Position numbers and translations under genes: made by a program
Shown here: positions 57,125-64,000 of the stretch, piece after piece
How positions within the stretch are numbered: position 1 is the stretch's first letter
How the letters are laid out: the number at the start of each line of letters is the position of its first letter
Origin: Eledone cirrhosa
Taxonomy: Eukaryota
Direction of reading: 5' to 3'
NCBI GenBank assembly: GCA_964016885.1
Contig: OZ024745.1
Span: forward strand, 20,832,001-20,896,000
Length of the DNA: 64,000 nucleotides
The notes under the pieces: model-generated
What the model saw: only the letters and a program-made list of their open reading frames with translations
Database searches by the model: none
Told to the model about the DNA's origin: nothing

Positions 57125-59303
57125 ACTCTCTCAGATTTCTCATCAGTTCTGCATAAATATTCGCCTTTTTGCTAATCTTTGATATTATATTGGCATCTGA
57201 TGCGCAGCAAACTTCCACTACTATGCATGCCTTCTTTTCCCTGTCCATTATCATAATATCTGGTCTGTTATGCCTGAATTTTATTGGGGGTTTTACTGGA
57301 ACATTCCACCAGTACTCTTTCAAATTATGTATATGAATGTCTTCCACATTGCTATAGCTTTTAATGTGTTTATTATCGGGGCTATCTTTTCTACGGATTG
57401 CATTGTACAGTGTTTTGGCCACTACATCATGCCTTAAAGGTAGATAGTACCGCGATGACATCTTTGGGCAGCTGCTTCTGACATGGGTGACATCTTCGAT
57501 GTTAATTATGCAGAGTCAGCACTTGTTATCACATCTAGGCGTTTTGCCTGCATCCCTATCTCTTTTGTGAATCAGGTATTTCGTGTTGATTTCCAGTTCT
57601 TGGATTACAAATGCGTATCCTTCAAAGCGGGAGCCAATATAGCGGTTGCTGGTCCAAGATAGATTACTTTCCTTATCTATATTACTCTCACTCTGGAGCT
57701 TTCTGGCAACACATCCATGCATGATCTTTTGCTGATAGGCATGCAGTTTTTCATCCATGGATTCACTGCGATACTGCTGAGCGACTTCCCTGGGTGTGAG
57801 ATTTTGATTATCACACAGGGAATATCTCTCGAGAAGTTCCTTCTCAACTCTCATGATCTTATCTGTTTCATGCAGATAGACTTGCTCAAGAGACGGGCTC
57901 CTACGCTTCGAGGTTCGTAGATGCTGTCGGAGGGATATGATGCGACATTCAAATGCTGTCTGGACTGATGTTAGGCCTCTGCCTCCCTGCTTACGTTTCA
58001 AGTAAAGGCGGTTTATGTCACTGTTGATATGGAAGTTTTCGGTGTTGTTTAGTATCTTTCGAGTTCTAACATCAACTGCTCGGATTTCATCTATCGTCCA
58101 ATTGAGTATTCCAAACGTTGGTGTCAGGACAGGCACAGCAAACACATTGTGAGCCACTGTTTTGTTTTGCGCAGAGAGTTCCGATGACCAAATCTTTCTT
58201 AATCGGGTGTAATATTCCCTGGTTACGCATTCCTTATTACAGATACCATTATAGGATATGTTCTCATCTATCCCCAGGTATCTGTAGCAGTCCTCATCAG
58301 ATATCGGTGAAACAGTTAGGCCATTGATGACAATGTTGCTAGATTGGGTTGTTGTTTTTCCCGCTTTACAGTCATATAGGAGCATTTATCTTGGCCAAAC
58401 TCCATTTCTATATCCTTTGAGAACGTTGTAACCAGGTCCAGAATTTTCTTCATCCCATCCATGTTCTTGACATAGAGTTTCAGATCATCCACAAAGAAAT
58501 TATGGGTTAGGTTCGTATATCTGCCCTCCTGTGAGCCAATGATGTATCCTTCACATTTCTTGAGCAGAAAGGACAAGGAGTTTAATGACAGGATGAATAA
58601 TATCACAGAGAGACTGTCTCCCTGAAATATACCCCTGCGATATTTTATTTTATCAGTGAAAATAGAGTCCACCCTCTGTCTATAACCTTAGGATAATAGA
58701 GGACAGCTTCTCTATGGCTCTGATAATAATATCTGGGATTTAGCAAGTTGGAGGGCCTCTATCATCCAATAGTGGGGAACAGAATCGAAAGCTTTCCTGT
58801 AGTCCAGCCAGACTGTAGCCATATTCCTCCTAAGTTGTCGCACCTCCGACATCGTAGTTTTGTTGATTAGGAGTGGTTCAGCACATCCCCAAACACCTTT
58901 CTTTCTAGTTGCTTGTTAATCTGTGATGATGTTATTATTTTCTGGCGGTGGATTGGCAGTATTGGTTGAGGGTCGGACGCCATGCTTTCCAGCATAGTTA
59001 CGTCCCTTTACGATCTAAGTTCAAATCCCGCCGAGATTGACTTTGCCTTTCATCCTTACGGGGTCGATAAAATAAAGTACCAGTAATGCACTGGATAATT
59101 GCTGGCCTTGTGCCTAAAGTAGAAACAATTATTTTCACAGTGATCTTGCAGGAATAGGTTCAGGCAGGCTGTCTACATCTTATACACCAGGTTCTGGCAT
59201 GCAATGGGTCGGTAGCTTTTTGCCAAGTGGGTGTCTTTGTTCTTGGGGACCAGTAATGTTTATGCTAATGTCAACCATTCTGGTATAAGTGTATCTCCCT
59301 TAA
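57125..59303 (-). mobile_element. Decayed R4/Dong-like non-LTR retrotransposon (RT, CCHC, restriction-like endonuclease)
   Basis: YRPIACQN, GIFQGDSLS, FFVDDLKLY, FGQDKC, YRYLG, GGRGL, RHDVVAK and HNRPDIMI...VEV. Contains stops and frameshifts and is interrupted by a SINE. Confidence 0.88.
58943..59127 (+). mobile_element. tRNA-related SINE inserted in the R4-like element
   Basis: Full head GGCGGTGGATTGGCAG, B-box GTTCAAATCCC, and a 9-bp TSD ATTATTTTC (58934-58942 and 59128-59136). Confidence 0.9.
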
Positions 59304-59809
59304 TGTATGTATGTATCTATGTATGTATCTATGTATGTATATATGTATATATGTAACTATGTATGTATGTATGTATGTAAGTATGTATGTATATAAGTAT
59401 GTATGTATGTAAGTATGTTTGTATATAGGTATGTATGTACCCATACTTTATGTTTATACACGTGTTTATATCTATTCCCCTGTTTGCCTTTTCAGATCCA
59501 TGTTTGAGTAAATTCAAGTCTCCATCTTGACAGATTCTATGAACCGTAGATTCCACACGAAACTCTCTCCTTCGTGCTTCTGTTGCCAACATGTCTTCCA
59601 TTCTGCTCTGGCTTTGTCCACTGGAGACTTTCAACTCGACATTTCATGCATACGAAACACTTAAACAGTTTCTCTGCCGCCATCAAGAATATGCTACACT
59701 TGTGCATTAATGTATGTTTCCATTGCAGCTTCTACATATACCACAATAGCCAGCAAAAACACTCTACTGTACCAGTTTGATATTTAGGGACCTCGTTTAA
59801 AAGATTAAA

Positions 59810-60115
59810 GGAACCAGCCTCATTGGACAACCTCCTAACCAAGATGACAGACTGCACAACTATACAAAGATAAACTCAATTATCAAGGAAGATCAGCTGT
59901 TACAAACTGAAATATAGACACACGTCTGGTCATAAAATTACCAGAAAACTATATAAATCAAGATTGTGCTCCAGCATGATCAAAATCCTACCGAGATATT
60001 GAGGTTATCACAGAAGCGACGGAAAGGAATGTGGTGAACCTAAGGATTAAAGAAGCTTTAATTATTAACACATAAATGCCTCAAATGAACAACAGAACGG
60101 AGCTACATGCGTAAT
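59810..60115 (+). pseudogene. Possible Penelope-like GIY-YIG endonuclease C-terminal remnant
   Basis: Translates to IEVITEATERNVVNLRIKEALIINT*MPQMNNRTEL, resembling the L.IKEAL.I....P.MN end of PLE ORFs. Upstream sequence is degenerate. Confidence 0.55.
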
Positions 60116-60949
60116 CCACTCATTTGGGCCAGTTAAGAAAGAACACATCGTTTTCGATTTGCATTTGAAAAGAAGGTTGTAAATTTGTCATGATGAAATA
60201 TACTATGCAAAAAACATTATCTTGTTTTATTTTATTTGTCATCCTTTGTCCCAACACCGCATTTATATGTATATTTCTACCGCATTGTTCGACTTTCTGA
60301 AGTTTTCGTCAAATATATACAACAGAAAAGAAGAGAAACGGTATCACATATACATATTCAGTTTATTTCATGATCCTGTCATGCACATTTCAAATACATC
60401 AAAGTCATTGTATAACAATTAGATGAGTTGTCGTCAGGCAGGAATTTAGGTTTAATGTTATTTTGTTTTTGATATTGATATGTTCACCATAATATGTAAC
60501 TTTATATTGGCAGTCCGGCTATAAGTGAGCATATATATATATGTTTATATTGATTGTTTTGGGTCAGTTTCTCTGTGCTAAATTCTATAAATGAAGTATT
60601 ATTCAACCTGAAATTATAGCAGACGTCACTTCTTTGTTAGAAGTGTTGTTCAATCTGATTGAACTCGGAACTACATAGTTATGGAGTAGCCTAGATATAC
60701 ACGCAGCCATATCTACATTAAAAATTTGCTTCAGAAATCGGCAGAATCGTTGTTATTTAGCGGTAACCTTCTCACTGACCACTCCATCCCTTACGTCGTT
60801 CTAAAGTAATGGCAGGTACTTTTCTAAAGAAACATAACAGCGACAGTAAGAAATTCTTAAGGGCAGATTCACCAAAATATCGCAGTTTATCCATCCGTGT
60901 ACTATAAGTAGAAACAGTTACCACGTCTAGGTTGGCCTGACAAATAATG

Positions 60950-61047
<98 letters not shown>

Positions 61048-61150
61048 CACACAGATTCTTTAACACTACTTGGGATCATGTACATGAATACTTGAGACCG
61101 ACATAACGTCTCTATATGTGTGTTTCCACGTGTTATTATATGTGTATATG

Positions 61151-61205
<55 letters not shown>

Positions 61206-61369
61206 TTGCATGAGTATATATATACGTATATATATAAAAATATATATATATATATATATATATGCATATGTATGCGTGTTTGCATGTATATATATATATA
61301 CATATATCCATATGTATACGTGTTTGCATGTATGTATATATATATATATACATATGTATGCGTGTTTGC

Positions 61370-61400
<31 letters not shown>

Positions 61401-61547
61401 GGATTGTATTATAAGAGGTGGTGGTGGGGGATGTAAACTAAACATTAATGTCATGTTATTCCGTTGAGGTATATGGTTGTATTTATTTATTTATTTGTTA
61501 ATGATGGTGTATTTGCTTTAGCAACAATGGTGCCAGAGCTGCTACCA

Positions 61548-62400
<853 letters not shown>

Positions 62401-62689
62401 TCTTCTCTTTTACTTTAGGCCCCTGACATACCAGATTACCATCGTTAATATGTGGCCATTTTCTCCATCTTGACCAGAGGAAGTCGGATGGATCATTAGA
62501 CGGAATTTCCTAAAGTATTTCTGTTAGTATTGTTGTTGTTATTTTGTTTTTGTTGTCGTGGTTGTCGTGGTTGTTGTTGTTGTTGTTGTTGTTGTTTAAC
62601 CCAAGTGAGAGCCACAGTAGAGCCACAATCCAATGCTGGAACAGCAGTGATCATCACCATCCAATATATCTTTATTCAAGTCGATAATG

Positions 62690-62842
62690 TAGCGAATTGG
62701 CAGAGTCATTAGAACTTCGGATAGAATGGTTTCTGCTATTTGTTTTGGCCCTCTGCTCTCCTAGTTCAAATCCCACCGAGGACAACTTTCTTTTCATACA
62801 TTCAGGGTTGATAAAAAAGTACCAGTCTAGTACTGGTGTCGC
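62690..62842 (+). mobile_element. Diverged SINE copy
   Basis: TTGGCAGAGTCATTAG...GTTCAAATCCCACCGAGG...GATAAAAAAGTACCAGT. Confidence 0.7.
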
Positions 62843-63447
62843 TTTTTCCTCTATATCTCTTTCTCATTTCCATTCTCTTAATCTCTCTATACCTCTCTGG
62901 AAGAAATCTGCTGTATTCAGACTTAGATAGGATTGTGCTCCAGCAGGTTTAGAAAATGCCTTAGAAACGCTGTCAATACGGCACTCCGGGAGTTACGAGA
63001 CCATGCAGATAAGTTTTGGCTGTTATTTCTAAATGGGTGATTGGACAAGCAGATGCACTATCTAAAGCACTGTTGTTCTGCGTTTCAGTGTGAGAAGATG
63101 AGGGCATGGTGACTTTTTAATAAAGAGAAAGGGGGTGCAATATTGTGGGAAACGTGTGGGAAACCTCGTTATAAGGACTACATGGAGATATTAGCTCTAA
63201 TGGAACTAATATTTGCCACTCTATAGTTTCTACACTGCCGTATGAAGATTAGTATGTTTGAAATCACGTGTCCTGTGGTCAACATGGAATCAAGGACAAT
63301 TTCTTAGTCCCCCACCCCCACCCCAATAATGCATGCAGAAGAGACAACGAGTAGAGCATATATAAATGTTCAAACTCACACACCCATGATACCCCTAATG
63401 TACGTACCTCTGCTCGCTAGATGCATACACTCATGACTCCTCTAGAG

Positions 63448-63742
63448 TGGCGTTTTTCAACCTTTTTACACTTGTGGAACCCTTGAAATAGTTTTCATGT
63501 TTCAGGGAACCCCTGCATAAATATTATTATATATCCTTATCAATACCTATCTCTTTTAGAAGTTGAACCCTTTATCATGATAGCCAAGGATTTTCCATCA
63601 ATATGTCGTACCTGTATAGTGAAATTATGAATATGAAATTTAACAAAAATGCATTACTTTATTCATCAGTGTTTCTCGCAGACGCCCTGGCGACATCTTG
63701 CGAAACCCTTGAGTTCCGAGGTACAAATGTTGAGAAACGTTA
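63448..63742. mobile_element. Non-autonomous hAT (Charlie-like) MITE
   Basis: Imperfect TIRs TGGCGTTTTTCAAC / GTTGAGAAACGTTA and an 8-bp TSD CTCTAGAG / CTCTAGAA. Confidence 0.8.
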
Positions 63743-63892
63743 CTCTAGAAAGTTACAGGTGTGCACCTTGATCACCAGACGCGCACACCTATGACTCCTC
63801 TAGAGAGCTACAGGTGTGCACCTTGATCACCAGACGCGCACACCTATGACTCCTCTAGAGAGCTACAGGTGTGCACCTTGATCACCAGACGT
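63743..63892. repeat. 55-bp tandem repeat (about 3 units, the first interrupted by the hAT MITE)
   Basis: Unit GACTCCTCTAGAGAGCTACAGGTGTGCACCTTGATCACCAGACGCGCACACCTAT. Confidence 0.9.
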
Positions 63893-64000
63893 ACCTGCAT
63901 CAGTTATTAGCTGTCGAGACACTGCATCCTTTAAAACCTCCATGCTTCCTGAGATTCGCCAACACTACACCTAATATTCCCCCTCCATACGCACACACTC

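Overview
Gene-poor, repeat-dominated animal genomic DNA. The extreme (AT)n/(AC)n/(AG)n microsatellite load and the SINE types suggest a mollusc, probably an octopus; this is an inference. No intact host gene is recognisable, and most entries in the ORF track are microsatellite artefacts. Main contents: (1) an ~8 kb array of a 50-bp minisatellite (4.3-12.35 kb). (2) Eight copies or fragments of Tx1-like (L1 clade) non-LTR retrotransposons from several subfamilies; seven sit head-to-tail in two stacks (28.6-35.0 kb and 42.5-55.6 kb), and every junction in the stacks is a (TATC)n run. (3) A decayed R4/Dong-type retrotransposon with a restriction-like endonuclease. (4) Helitron, hAT, SINE and Penelope remnants. 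(5) Several small elements embedded in (TA)n that carry hammerhead-ribozyme motifs, two of them as perfect inverted pairs whose stem I covaries between copies. The most notable candidates are a self-stacking (TATC)n-targeting Tx1 system, supported by an empty-versus-filled site inside the window, and the palindromic hammerhead mini-elements.
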